DNA from: an uncultured Flavobacteriales bacterium
GTDB lineage: Bacteria > Bacteroidota > Bacteroidia > Flavobacteriales_D > JABDKJ01
Direction of reading: 5' to 3'
Assembly: GCA_964609215.1 (NCBI GenBank)
Contig: CAZSQZ010000004.1
Span: forward strand, 168,701 to 232,700
DNA length: 64,000 nucleotides
Part shown: in pieces, positions 38,801 through 49,246 of the stretch
Position numbering within the stretch: position 1 is the first letter of the stretch
Layout: each line of letters opens with the position of its first letter
Program-made: the position numbers and the translations under genes
The notes under the pieces: generated by a model
Told to the model about the DNA's origin: nothing
The model's database searches: none
Seen by the model: the letters and a program-made list of their open reading frames with translations, nothing else

Positions 38801-39953
38801 TTTTCTTTTTATTCAAAGCTCCTTCTCTCAAAATCTTATTCCTAATCCGGGTTTCGAAGAATTATTTATTTCAGATGAATTTCAATGGGTTCAACCCATC
38901 AATCAGTTTTATCATTGGGAACAAAATTCCAGAGGAATGGGAAATTCTCATAATGGTAAGTTCTTCAACGGAATTTGCATGTACAACTGGCATCCTTGCG
39001 AATACCTGAGTATTAAACTAAGTGAGCCTTTGGTCAAGGACAGCAGCTACCACCTAAGCACATGGTTGAGAATAGCTTCATTTAAAGCTAAAGGTCATCA
39101 ACACATGTATAAAATTGGTGCTTATTTCTCTGATAAAGCTATTAATACCAGAAGAAAGTTTGTGATGAATAATACTCCTCAGGCCTTTTTTAATATTCCA
39201 GACTCCCTCGACAAATCTGACTGGAATGAAGTAGAAGCTACATTCACGGCTACTGGAAATGAAGAATATCTTACCATAGGATACTTTCCTGCATTATACT
39301 TTAGCAAGGAGGAAATGAAAAACTACATTCCACCTAAAGATTCTACACTTACTGCTCTCGCAGAAAAATCAAAAGGAAAAAGTCGCAAGAAGAAAAAAAA
39401 GAAAAAATACAAGGAAAAAGACCTTGCAGAGTTTAGAAGGTTGGTTAACCAAAAAGTAAATTCTGAAAGATCAGCTCCTAAGCCTGTTTCCTCATTTGGC
39501 CAATTTACTTTGCGCTATTACTTCGATGATTTTTGCCTCGCTCAAATACAGTCTGATGGAACTTATTCTTGTCAAGAAAATAGCACTGAATTTAACATAA
39601 GCGATAACCAGACCTTTCGATTAAACAGAGTCTATTTTGAAACTGGAGAAGCGACACTAATTGATAGTTCATTCTATGAATTAGATCGGTTGAGCTTCTT
39701 TCTTAGTTTCAAACCTGACATTCAAATAAAGATCATAGGTCATACTGATAACATAGGTAAGGAAAAAGAAAATCTCAAGCTCTCTGAGAAACGTGCAAAA
39801 GCAGTATATGATTACTTAACTGCAAAAGGATTGAAGGAAGAAAGAATTAGTTTTGAGGGAAGGGGCGAAAGCGAGCCTCTAGGGAATAATGAAACTCCAG
39901 AAGGTAGATTTATAAATAGACGTGTAGAGTTTCAGATAATAAGTGAAAACTAA
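38727..39953 (+). CDS. OmpA-family protein, paralog 3, with an internal poly-Lys tract
   Basis: NLIPNPGFEE..., RYYFDDFCLAQI, GHTDNIGKEKENLKLSEKRAKAV and RFINRRVEFQI. The start is uncertain (ATG 38661, ATG 38727 or TTG 38769), and every option overlaps the end of paralog 2. Confidence 0.75.
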   Translation: MKVELKIDVWNSLLLKGLILILSNSFLFIQSSFSQNLIPNPGFEELFISDEFQWVQPINQFYHWEQNSRGMGNSHNGKFFNGICMYNWHPCEYLSIKLSEPLVKDSSYHLSTWLRIASFKAKGHQHMYKIGAYFSDKAINTRRKFVMNNTPQAFFNIPDSLDKSDWNEVEATFTATGNEEYLTIGYFPALYFSKEEMKNYIPPKDSTLTALAEKSKGKSRKKKKKKKYKEKDLAEFRRLVNQKVNSERSAPKPVSSFGQFTLRYYFDDFCLAQIQSDGTYSCQENSTEFNISDNQTFRLNRVYFETGEATLIDSSFYELDRLSFFLSFKPDIQIKIIGHTDNIGKEKENLKLSEKRAKAVYDYLTAKGLKEERISFEGRGESEPLGNNETPEGRFINRRVEFQIISEN

Positions 39954-39957
39954 AAAA

Positions 39958-39994
39958 AGAGCCAATCAAAATTCATATTCTATCGATTGGCTCT
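39958..39994. terminator. Hairpin between convergent genes; the terminator-like T-run is on the minus strand only
   Basis: Perfect 10-bp stem agagccaatc/gattggctct with a 17-nt loop. An A-run at 39952-39958 gives a T-run on the minus strand. Confidence 0.5.
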
Positions 39995-40046
39995 ATGCTA
40001 TACACCTACTATTTCTTCTACGAAAAAAAAATCAGTTTCTGAGTTT

Positions 40047-40706
40047 CTAAAATCTATAGCCAATATTAAAACCTACTCTAAGATCTATGGTACCCAATGT
40101 CTCCAAACCAGAAGAGCGTTTAGAAGATTGCTCAGCTGCTACACTTGGATTATCAAATTTGGTATTTTCCGAAATTTCACGGCCAAGAGCCAGCATTGTT
40201 TCAAAAGTTAATCCTGTCGGATTTGACCATTTTCTACCGAAACTAATCCCGAAAGCAACTCTTTGGGTGGTGGCTTTAACATTATAAACTGTTTGACTGC
40301 TATTGCTTGTCTGGTTATAGATGTTGTAATCACCAATATTGACTATGTTCGAATATCTGATATATGGAGCAGCAAAATTTCTATTCGGATTCAAATTAGG
40401 AGAAAAGTATAATCTATACTCTGGAACAATATCCACCCGTTTATAATCAGTTATAAGATTTGATCTGGAAATTCTTCTAATTATAATCCCAATCGATTGA
40501 TATTCTTTTGTATCCATCTCATAACCAATTGAATATCCTCTTACTATAAAATCAATAAAGTTTGTTCTTATTTCATGCTTGGTATCCTTCTTGACCGATC
40601 CAAAATACTGTTCTAGTTCGCTTTTATCATTTTCTATCTGGGAAAAAGCACTCATACCAGCAAAAACACAAAATGCTATAATTATCATTCTCTTTTTCAT
40701 AATCAC
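40047..40706 (-). CDS. Small outer-membrane beta-barrel protein (DUF3575-like)
   Basis: Signal peptide MKKRMIIIAFCVFAGMSAFSQ, the PEYRLYF motif shared with the 35661 gene, and C-terminus RVGFNIGYRF. Confidence 0.65.
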   Translation of the reverse strand: MIMKKRMIIIAFCVFAGMSAFSQIENDKSELEQYFGSVKKDTKHEIRTNFIDFIVRGYSIGYEMDTKEYQSIGIIIRRISRSNLITDYKRVDIVPEYRLYFSPNLNPNRNFAAPYIRYSNIVNIGDYNIYNQTSNSSQTVYNVKATTQRVAFGISFGRKWSNPTGLTFETMLALGREISENTKFDNPSVAAEQSSKRSSGLETLGTIDLRVGFNIGYRF

Positions 40707-40829
40707 TCTTTGAAAATTTATACCTACAAATTTATCTCGATGTTGTACTATTTATAAACTAATTTATAAACGAGCAATACAATAGTTTACATATTGTAAA
40801 TTATTGGTATGTTTGTATTTGTAGTTATC

Positions 40830-41804
40830 ATGAAAAGCGGCCAAGTTGATATTCAACTAAAATTTTTCTCTTACCTGTTTAATATTTTTGGAAAGGAAAG
40901 AGTCTTCAGTGAGATAAAAGAAATTCTACACTTACAGCGTGGAGCTATTTACAAAAGAATAAATGGTGACACTGCGCTAACAAGCGAAGAGCTCTACAAA
41001 ATTTCAAGGCATTTCAAAATATCCCTAGACACAGCTTTGGGCAACAATCCTTTTTTTTCATTTACACATCCATTTATTGGTTTAAAAGAAAGTGTGGAGT
41101 TTCTAGACGTTTTTAAGTTTTACCTTAAACCAATGATATATCAGGAGAGTAATGAATTGATATATCTAGCTAACGAATTACCCGTTTTTTATTACCTGGC
41201 CTATCCAGAAATTTTCAATTTTCAAACGGGTATTTGGGATTACAAAAAAGGAATGGGCTCTAAATTAAAAATTCCACACAAACATAAGATAAGCTCGGAG
41301 TTAAGTGATTTAAACAGTGCTGTTCAAGCTTATTATAATTCTAATCCAGTTACGGAAATATGGAACTCTACAATGCTTAGCAATCTTTATCAGCAAGTGC
41401 TTTTCTGTATTGGTATTCGGGCATTCGAAAGTCAAAATCAACTGGAAATATTGGTGAACGACATTAATAAAATGCTGAACGATTTAAAGAAAACTGTTGA
41501 GAACAGTGACTCTGGAAATCACAAAATCTATCTCAATGATTTTGGAACTTATTTAAACCTTGTTCTCTACAATCGAAAAGATTTGAAGGCCAGTTTTGTT
41601 GGAATGGACATTCCCCAATTCATGGTTTCACATGATGAAACATTCTATGGTTTTGCAATGGATTGGGTCGATAAAATTAAAGGGCAATCTGTGCTTATTT
41701 CTTCAGGTGGATATCAGAATAAAGAACTGTTCTTTGTTAAGCTCGATAAGGACTTTCAGCAATTCAAAGACAATACTCAAAAATTAAGCTCTCTTTATTA
41801 TTAA
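40830..41804 (+). CDS. Putative HTH-domain protein (possible transcriptional regulator)
   Basis: The N-terminus FSEIKEILHLQRGAIYKRINGDTALTSEELYKISRHFKISLDTAL looks like an XRE-type helix-turn-helix. The rest is unrecognised and the start is uncertain (40809 or 40830). Confidence 0.45.
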   Translation: MKSGQVDIQLKFFSYLFNIFGKERVFSEIKEILHLQRGAIYKRINGDTALTSEELYKISRHFKISLDTALGNNPFFSFTHPFIGLKESVEFLDVFKFYLKPMIYQESNELIYLANELPVFYYLAYPEIFNFQTGIWDYKKGMGSKLKIPHKHKISSELSDLNSAVQAYYNSNPVTEIWNSTMLSNLYQQVLFCIGIRAFESQNQLEILVNDINKMLNDLKKTVENSDSGNHKIYLNDFGTYLNLVLYNRKDLKASFVGMDIPQFMVSHDETFYGFAMDWVDKIKGQSVLISSGGYQNKELFFVKLDKDFQQFKDNTQKLSSLYY

Positions 41805-41826
41805 GATAATATGTTTAATTTGACCC

Positions 41827-43239
41827 ATGCTTGTTAAAGGAGATAAGAAAACCATTCGCGCATGGATAATGTATGATTGGGCAAATAGTGCCTATGCATT
41901 AACCATAACTTCGGCAGTTTTTCCAATATTCTATGAATTGGTTACCAGCAAGAAAAATGAAGCAGGAGATGTAATTGTTGACTACGCTCAAAATTTGCAT
42001 GGTGTTGCTGGAACCTCTTTGTACTCATATGCTATTGCTGCTGGGTTTTTGCTCACTGCACTTCTTGCACCAATACTTTCTGGAATTGCAGATTATTCCG
42101 ATAACAAAAAACGATTCTTACAATTCTTCTGTTATCTCGGTTCTGCTGCTTGTGCAGGGCTTTATTTCTTTAGTTTTCACAATCTCTGGTTTGGCTTGTT
42201 TTTAATTATGATGGCTTGCGTTGGTTTTAGTGGAAGCCTTATTTTCTATAACGCATATCTACCAGAAATTGCGGAAGAAAAAGACCATGACAGTATTTCT
42301 GCTAAGGGTTTTTCAATGGGTTATATTGGGAGTGTTATTTTGCTCGTTTTCAATTTGGCAATGGTTATGTTTCCTGGAGATCCAGGTTTCAATCTTAAAG
42401 GTATCGATCCTTCTGAAATTGCCTATCTGGGCTTCGAAGGAAAAGATTTAAGTGATGCCTGCAAGGCTATTCAAGCCTTTAAAATATCATGTCTTTCAGT
42501 AGGAATATGGTGGGCTGCTTGGGCACAATGGACGTTCTTAAGGCTTCCAAACAAAGCCTTCGACACGAAAATAACGAACAACATTATATTTAATGGTTAC
42601 AAGGAAATTGCCAAAGTTTGGAAAGAATTGGGAAAAACGGTTAGACTCAAAAGGTATTTAATTGCCTATTTCATTTACAATACCGGAGTACAGACTGTAA
42701 TGTTCATGGCAGCCAATTTTGCAGCTAAGGAAATTAAATCTAAAAATGAATTGGGAGAGGATATCCCCTTCCCTTCTGAAAGTTTGATTATTTCTATTCT
42801 CATTATTCAATTGGTTGGAGTAATCGGAGCATTTTTATTTTCCTACCTATCCAAAAAATTAGGAAACTTAAAAGCCTTAATGATTGCAGTTTGGTTTTGG
42901 GTGCTACTCGTAGTCTTTGCTTATTTCGTTGTTTATGAATATGCTTTTTATGCTTTAGCTGCAGGAGTTGGAATGGTTATGGGTGGGGTTCAAGCATTAT
43001 CGCGATCAACCTATTCTAAATTCTTACCGGAAACCAAAGACCATGCTTCCTATTTTAGTTTTTATAACATGTGTTATTACATAGGAACTGTTGTAGGCAT
43101 GTCATTCTTCGCATTGACATTCGATCTTACCGGAAACATGAGAACCTGTATTGTGCTTATTGGAAGCTTTTTCATAGTTGGTGCTCTTGCATTATTTTTG
43201 GTTCCGCAAAAGGAAGTTGCTGTTACTAAAAATGAATGA
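41827..43239 (+). CDS. MFS transporter, UMF1 (Atg22-like) family
   Basis: The N-terminus KKTIRAWIMYDWANSAYALTITSAVFPIFY is typical of the UMF1 family. About 12 predicted TM segments. Confidence 0.8.
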   Translation: MLVKGDKKTIRAWIMYDWANSAYALTITSAVFPIFYELVTSKKNEAGDVIVDYAQNLHGVAGTSLYSYAIAAGFLLTALLAPILSGIADYSDNKKRFLQFFCYLGSAACAGLYFFSFHNLWFGLFLIMMACVGFSGSLIFYNAYLPEIAEEKDHDSISAKGFSMGYIGSVILLVFNLAMVMFPGDPGFNLKGIDPSEIAYLGFEGKDLSDACKAIQAFKISCLSVGIWWAAWAQWTFLRLPNKAFDTKITNNIIFNGYKEIAKVWKELGKTVRLKRYLIAYFIYNTGVQTVMFMAANFAAKEIKSKNELGEDIPFPSESLIISILIIQLVGVIGAFLFSYLSKKLGNLKALMIAVWFWVLLVVFAYFVVYEYAFYALAAGVGMVMGGVQALSRSTYSKFLPETKDHASYFSFYNMCYYIGTVVGMSFFALTFDLTGNMRTCIVLIGSFFIVGALALFLVPQKEVAVTKNE

Positions 43240-43693
43240 AGTTGAAATAATAGCGTTTGAAGAAAGGTATGCAAAGGATTTTGCAGATCTCAACTATGAG
43301 TGGATTGACAAATTCTTTGAAATTGAGGATATAGATCGCAAGTATTTAGACAATCCCAATGAAATGATCATTGAAAAAGGTGGGGCTATTTTACTGGCTA
43401 GAAAAAAAGACAAAATCGTGGGAACCGTTTCACTATTGAAAATGGAAAACGATGTGTATGAACTTGCAAAAATGTCCGTTCATCCTTCATTAAGAGGACA
43501 AAAAATCGGGCATAAAATAATGGATGCGTGCATTCTAAAGGCCAAAGAAATGGGGGCCAAAGAAATTCTAATTCTCAGTAGCAGAAAATTAAAAAATGCA
43601 TTGCACCTTTACACTAAGTATGGATTCGTTGATGTGGGTAGTGAAGATGATGACTATAACAGATGTGATATAAGAATGATTTTAAAGCTTTGA
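43232..43693 (+). CDS. GNAT family N-acetyltransferase
   Basis: Starts at MNEVEIIAFEE and overlaps the MFS stop (ATGAATGA). The acetyl-CoA motif is VHPSLRGQKIGHKIMDACILKAKEMGA. Confidence 0.8.
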   Translation: MNEVEIIAFEERYAKDFADLNYEWIDKFFEIEDIDRKYLDNPNEMIIEKGGAILLARKKDKIVGTVSLLKMENDVYELAKMSVHPSLRGQKIGHKIMDACILKAKEMGAKEILILSSRKLKNALHLYTKYGFVDVGSEDDDYNRCDIRMILKL

Positions 43694-46132
43694 CTTTAAT
43701 TCATTGTAATCTATGAAGTAAAGCAATCTTAAACTGAAACTATTAAGCTGATCACTATTCAAAACATAGTTTAAGTTATCTAAATACTGAGTTCTTAAAA
43801 TTGGATCAGAAGTGAAAATATTGTTTTTCCAGACAAAACTTAACTCACTTCCAGGTGTAAACGTCCACGTAAATTGTGTATCAATAGTAAAGGCATTGAA
43901 ATTATTATTCTCTAATGAAACACCGTCACTATTCAATCCCGTATAGCTGGTAGAAGTAAATTTACCATCCTCATCTAAAGCATAAAAAGAATCATATTCT
44001 ACGGTACTCCAATAGTATCTTCCTCTAAAAGTGATACCCATTAAAGGACTAAATATATATCTGAAATTCAGTGTTGTAATTTGCTCTTCCCTATCTCGCA
44101 CACCAAAAACAATCGCACCATCACTCAGCTGTTCTGCCCAGCCTTCGTCATTAAACAACTTGAAAAGTGTGTATCCTCCATTGATAAAAAACTTATCCGT
44201 AACTCTAATTCGCGGTCTAAACTCAATGAAATTATTATACCTTCCTACATCGTTAAACCTTCGAACTCCAAATTCGATATCTCCAGCAAAGCGCTTTCTA
44301 TAATCAGAAGAAATAAATCCGCTTACTCTCCAATTTTTGGGATACTCATAAAAGCGTCCAGCAACTCTGGGTTCAAAAAAGTCGAATGTCTCTATGGGTT
44401 CAAAACGGCCATTGAGACCAAATGCGGTGAATCCTCTTGTCATTGCAAAAGTGGACCAGTTGATAGCGAAATCAGCGAAGTGATTTGGAATAATATTTCT
44501 AGAGTAATTACTTGAAATGTTATAACTCAATCTATTAAACTTGCCTATGGGTTCCAGCGTTCGCCAAGAGTAAAAAGAATTTATCGAACTAAAATTTCTT
44601 TGAAAGTTGATACCCAAATCATTAGGATCATATTGTCTCCCAACCCGCTGAAAACGTATTCCATAATTTGCATTTCCCGCTATATTATCCAGAGCTATCC
44701 ACATGCTACTTCCCAAATCCGTACTATCAGAATAATATTTTTGGCTAAGCACAGCAGTTCCATTTACAACCCATTCGTTCTTCTTGTCTGGCAACCTAAA
44801 TTGCGTTCCAGTAACATTTGCATCGTAAGTAGATCCCGATCTAAATACACTGGTATTAATTAAAGAAACCGAAGCATTTGTCCATAGGTTTTGGTCAAAT
44901 ACAAAAACATTATAATTGGTTAACGGATCTGTTAATATATCTCTAGTTTGACCACTTTCAGTATTTATTATTGTGGCATTTGTCTCACTTGTTACCGCAT
45001 TAAAAACACCAACCCCCAATCCCTTTTCTGTTCTTCCTGATACTTTGGCCGCATTTATCAATTGGCTTTTAGCAGGATTGTTAATGATCGAATCAGAGGC
45101 ATTCAAATTGGCAGCTACATTATGGAAGTTAATCGGTGTCCCGCCAATTCTTCTGGTAAAGAAAATATCCGCCTTATTGAACAGTTCAGTACCTTCAATA
45201 AAAAATTGTCTATTCTCATCAAAGACTACCTCAAAAGGTGTAAGATTCAAGACTTGATTATCTGAAACAACCTGACCGAAATCTGGAACCAATGTCATGT
45301 CCAAGGTGAATGCATCATTAATTCCGTACTTCACATCCAAACCTCCAATTAAAGATCGACTCCAATTACTTTTATCCTGCTCATTTATTGGAAAATGTTC
45401 TGCGTAATAAGAAACGTATGGAAATAAAAATAGACGGGTTGGAGGTTCAATATCTTTTATACCTTTCGTTAAGCCATATTGTCCAAACCATGTTCCAATA
45501 GCCGGATCCATCTCAGACCACCAGGACTGCTCTCTTGTTCTCCTAATACTTCTGGTAAAGTTTACATGCCAAACCTGCTCTTCGCCTTCCGCAAAACGCA
45601 TCGCAGAATAAGGAATTTTCATTTCCGCATACCAACCATTTTCCGCAATCCTCACTTCACTCAACCATACTGCATTCCATCCACGATCACTATCATCATC
45701 AGAAAACTTAGTATCGAATTGTACTCCAGATGCAGTAACTCCATACTCTACACCATTTAAACCATCTTGGTAGAAATCAAATGATACTGCGAAAAAATCG
45801 GTATTACCGACATTATCTCTCAAGGTCATCTCCCTCAAAATACTATCGGGATAATTGTCTGGCATGAAGACGCCTATATAGACTGCTTCATCATCGTACA
45901 ACATCTTTACTTGGGTATCAAACATTGGGATTTGACCAGGATTGGGGTCTCTTGTGATAAATTTATCCGCTATTTCAGCCTTTTCCCATCCTGGCTCATC
46001 TAGTATTCCATCAATATCGATTTTGCTGTCTATTCGACTTGCATTTACTTCTCTCTTCTTCTTTTCCTGAGCAATACTAAGAAAAGAAGTAAGAATAAAA
46101 ATCAATATGAGACTAGTAGACCTAATAGTCAT
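43682..46132 (-). CDS. DUF5916 / carbohydrate-binding family 9-like outer-membrane protein
   Basis: Signal peptide, then the CBM9-like N-terminus IDIDGILDEPGWEKAEIADKFITRDPNPGQ, followed by a long beta-rich region. The family name is from memory. Confidence 0.6.
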   Translation of the reverse strand: MTIRSTSLILIFILTSFLSIAQEKKKREVNASRIDSKIDIDGILDEPGWEKAEIADKFITRDPNPGQIPMFDTQVKMLYDDEAVYIGVFMPDNYPDSILREMTLRDNVGNTDFFAVSFDFYQDGLNGVEYGVTASGVQFDTKFSDDDSDRGWNAVWLSEVRIAENGWYAEMKIPYSAMRFAEGEEQVWHVNFTRSIRRTREQSWWSEMDPAIGTWFGQYGLTKGIKDIEPPTRLFLFPYVSYYAEHFPINEQDKSNWSRSLIGGLDVKYGINDAFTLDMTLVPDFGQVVSDNQVLNLTPFEVVFDENRQFFIEGTELFNKADIFFTRRIGGTPINFHNVAANLNASDSIINNPAKSQLINAAKVSGRTEKGLGVGVFNAVTSETNATIINTESGQTRDILTDPLTNYNVFVFDQNLWTNASVSLINTSVFRSGSTYDANVTGTQFRLPDKKNEWVVNGTAVLSQKYYSDSTDLGSSMWIALDNIAGNANYGIRFQRVGRQYDPNDLGINFQRNFSSINSFYSWRTLEPIGKFNRLSYNISSNYSRNIIPNHFADFAINWSTFAMTRGFTAFGLNGRFEPIETFDFFEPRVAGRFYEYPKNWRVSGFISSDYRKRFAGDIEFGVRRFNDVGRYNNFIEFRPRIRVTDKFFINGGYTLFKLFNDEGWAEQLSDGAIVFGVRDREEQITTLNFRYIFSPLMGITFRGRYYWSTVEYDSFYALDEDGKFTSTSYTGLNSDGVSLENNNFNAFTIDTQFTWTFTPGSELSFVWKNNIFTSDPILRTQYLDNLNYVLNSDQLNSFSLRLLYFIDYNELKSKL

Positions 46133-46209
46133 TTTTTAAAATACAAATCTAGGTGTAAAGAACATATCGTGAGAACAAAATATGTTAAATGGTAAATGCT
46201 TTTTGTGAA

Positions 46210-46704
46210 TTAAGGGTTCAGCTGTATAGACTCAGAAATCCTATCTTTATTCATCATTAAAGTATGAGGCCTCCCTTCGGATTTTCCGTAATAAACAATA
46301 TTCTGCTGTCCCTCATACTCGTTAACCAAAATGGTGTTTTCAATTTTAATTTCAGAAGGTTGATCTACATCAAAAACTTCAAAAAAAGTCCAAACGGCAT
46401 CTCGTTTTTCCATTTCATGGCCTAAGTATTCAAGAACCTTTTCCTCACCATCCACATTAATCACAAAATGTTCTTTTATATAGGCATTTAAGTATTGACC
46501 GCACTTTTCATTTTCGTTGATTTCCCCAATATTCAGTTTCACCCCCTCTTTCTCTTCAATCACTCTTTCAATATCGTCTGCAAAGATTTTAAGACTTACT
46601 TCCAAAGATTTCGATTGATCATTATAATCTATCTCCGTGATACTTACATAAAAATCGTGAGCAACAAACACACTGCACAGAAAAAGGGAAAAAAGCAATT
46701 TCAT
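46210..46704 (-). CDS. DUF6702-like small secreted protein
   Basis: MKLLFSLFLCSVFVAHDFYVSITEIDYNDQSKSLEVSLKIFADDIE. As I recall, this family commonly neighbours M1 peptidases in Flavobacteriia. Internal ATG 46704 is preferred. Confidence 0.55.
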   Translation of the reverse strand: MKLLFSLFLCSVFVAHDFYVSITEIDYNDQSKSLEVSLKIFADDIERVIEEKEGVKLNIGEINENEKCGQYLNAYIKEHFVINVDGEEKVLEYLGHEMEKRDAVWTFFEVFDVDQPSEIKIENTILVNEYEGQQNIVYYGKSEGRPHTLMMNKDRISESIQLNP

Positions 46705-46817
46705 AGAGTAAAAATAAGCATTGATTGGCAATTACCTCAAAAATATCTGTTTTCCTCTTCGGAATTAAACTGAAAAACCAACAAGTTTCTTTATTTTCAC
46801 CAGCAAATTTTGAGAGG

Positions 46818-49127
46818 ATGAAATACATTGTTAGTTGCATTTTGAGTTCGTTAGTATTTATTTCTGCTTACTCCCAAGAGTATAATAATAACAAGTTCAA
46901 ACAACTTTATCAGGAATTACCTACACCTAATAATTTTAGAACGGCATCTGGAGCTCCAGGTCATGAATATTGGCAGCAAAGAGCCGACTACGTTATGGAT
47001 ATTCGATTAGATGATGAAGAACAAAAAATCTACGGAGAAGAAACCATTACATATTGGAACAACTCACCAGATGAACTTAGCTATGTTTGGGTGCAGCTCG
47101 ATCAAAACGTAAGGGCAAAGGATTCTGACAGACAGAAAATAAGTACCTATTCTATTAATAGCAGAATGCGCTTTGGAGAACTCAACCGAATGATGAATGA
47201 TTTCGATGGTGGATTTAAAATCGAACATGTTAAAGATGCTTCGGGTAATGACATGAATTACACCGTCAATAAGACAATGATGCGTATTGATTTAGCTAAA
47301 ACATTGGCTCCAAAATCTAAAACTCAAATAAAAATTAAGTGGTGGTATAATATCAATGATAGAATGAAGATTGGTGGCAGAAGTGGCTATGAGTATTTTG
47401 AGGAGGAAGACAACTATCTTTATACTATAGCCCAGTTCTATCCCAGAATGGCGGTTTATTGCGATAACGAAGGATGGCAAAACAAACAGTTTTTGGGGAA
47501 TGGAGAGTTTACTTTAAACTTTGGTAATTACACAGTAAATCTGACTGTTCCTAGCGACCATGTGGTTGCTTCTACTGGGACATTGCAAAATCCTAAAAGT
47601 GTTCTTACGTCTACACAGCAAAAGAGACTTGCTAAATCAAAAACGTCTGACAAACCTGTACTTATAATAACGCAAGAAGAGGCAGAGAAAAATGAAAGTA
47701 CTAAGGAGAAAGGCACCAAAACTTGGACCTTTAAAGCCAACAATGTTAGAGACTTTGGTTGGGCATCTTCTAGAAAATTTATTTGGGACGCGCAAGGTGT
47801 TCCTTTAAGTGGCAAGACCGTAATGGCTATGTCCTATTATCCCAAGGAAGGAAATCCACTTTGGGAAAAATACAGTACGGCTGCAGTAGTTCAAACCCTA
47901 AAGACGTATTCAAAACACACCTTTGATTATCCCTACCCAAAAGCCATTTCAGTTAATGCTAAAAGTATTGGAATGGAGTATCCAATGATCTGTTTCAATT
48001 TTGGAAGGCCAGAAAAAGATGGCACTTATGGAGAAAGAACTAAGTATGGAATGATTGGAGTGATTATTCATGAAGTAGGACATAACTGGTTCCCAATGAT
48101 AGTGAGCTCGGATGAAAGACAATGGACATGGATGGATGAAGGATTGAACACATTCTGCCAGTATCTTACTGAACAAGAGTTCCAAAGAGATTATCCTTCA
48201 AGAAGAGGTGAGCCAAGAAATATTGTGAACTATATGAAAGGTGATAAATCTAGAATATCGCCCATTATGACTAATTCTGAGAGCATTCATCAATTTGGAA
48301 ATAACGCATACGGAAAACCTGCAACTGCATTAAATATTTTAAGAGAAACAATAATGGGCAGGGAATTATTTGACTTTGCATTTAAAGAATATGCAAATAG
48401 ATGGAAATTTAAACACCCCACTCCTGCTGATTTTTTCAGAACAATGGAAGATGCTTCTGCTGTTGATTTGGACTGGTTTTGGAGAGGATGGTTCTTTACA
48501 AATGATGCTGTTGATCTTTCATTAGATGCTGTTGCTTGGTATCAAATTGACACCAAAAATCCAGAAGCAGAAATGGCTTTCGACAAGGAAATGAAATCTA
48601 AGGAATCACCAAGTATTACATCTGAACGAAACGTTACTGACATTCCAAAAACAATGGTTGAGGAAAATCCTGAATTGGAAGATTTTTATACCAAAAGAGA
48701 TGTTTACGAACCTAATGCATTAGATTTTGAGGACTATCAAAAATACCTTTCTCGTTTAAGTGAAGAGGAAAAAGAAATCATCAATTCCGGTAAGAACTTT
48801 TATCAATTGACTTTCTCTAATGTGGGAGGGTTGGTTATGCCGTTAATTATTGAGTTTACTTACACAGATGGTAGTAAGGAAATACAGACCATTCCTGCTG
48901 AAATATGGAGAAAGGGAGAAGAAACCCTTTCAAAAGTATTTATTCTGGAAAAAGAAGTGCAATCGGTGACACTTGATCCTTATCAGCAAACTGCAGATAT
49001 TGATTTGAGTAATAATTACTGGCCTCCAAGAGCTTTGCCTAGTAAATTTGAGATTTTTAAGGGTAGACAAGGAGGAGGCGAAAACCCTATGCAAAGAGAC
49101 AGAAGAGCCAAAGAGAACGAGAAATAG
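46818..49127 (+). CDS. M1 family metallopeptidase
   Basis: GMEYPMI (GxMEN-like), HEVGHNWFPMIVSSDERQWTWMDEG (HExxH-18-E). The signal peptide MKYIVSCILSSLVFISAYSQ is at internal ATG 46818. Confidence 0.88.
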   Translation: MKYIVSCILSSLVFISAYSQEYNNNKFKQLYQELPTPNNFRTASGAPGHEYWQQRADYVMDIRLDDEEQKIYGEETITYWNNSPDELSYVWVQLDQNVRAKDSDRQKISTYSINSRMRFGELNRMMNDFDGGFKIEHVKDASGNDMNYTVNKTMMRIDLAKTLAPKSKTQIKIKWWYNINDRMKIGGRSGYEYFEEEDNYLYTIAQFYPRMAVYCDNEGWQNKQFLGNGEFTLNFGNYTVNLTVPSDHVVASTGTLQNPKSVLTSTQQKRLAKSKTSDKPVLIITQEEAEKNESTKEKGTKTWTFKANNVRDFGWASSRKFIWDAQGVPLSGKTVMAMSYYPKEGNPLWEKYSTAAVVQTLKTYSKHTFDYPYPKAISVNAKSIGMEYPMICFNFGRPEKDGTYGERTKYGMIGVIIHEVGHNWFPMIVSSDERQWTWMDEGLNTFCQYLTEQEFQRDYPSRRGEPRNIVNYMKGDKSRISPIMTNSESIHQFGNNAYGKPATALNILRETIMGRELFDFAFKEYANRWKFKHPTPADFFRTMEDASAVDLDWFWRGWFFTNDAVDLSLDAVAWYQIDTKNPEAEMAFDKEMKSKESPSITSERNVTDIPKTMVEENPELEDFYTKRDVYEPNALDFEDYQKYLSRLSEEEKEIINSGKNFYQLTFSNVGGLVMPLIIEFTYTDGSKEIQTIPAEIWRKGEETLSKVFILEKEVQSVTLDPYQQTADIDLSNNYWPPRALPSKFEIFKGRQGGGENPMQRDRRAKENEK

Positions 49128-49246
49128 AAGGCTTGTACTCATTCATCTGATTTCCAACTTATTTAGGGCAAAAAATCTAACAATTTTTGCTTTCTAAGAC
49201 TTATCTTCGCAGCCCGAAATTGATTAACGATAAGAATTAGAACACA

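Noticed and set aside
44081-44515. 144-aa ORF antisense to the DUF5916-like gene, plus similar antisense or alternate-frame ORFs at 14401-14703, 26921-27256, 28707-29018, 36755-37054 and 59541-59834
   Set aside because: They lie entirely within longer, well-supported genes, have odd composition with no motifs or signal sequences, and look like typical shadow ORFs of an AT-rich genome.
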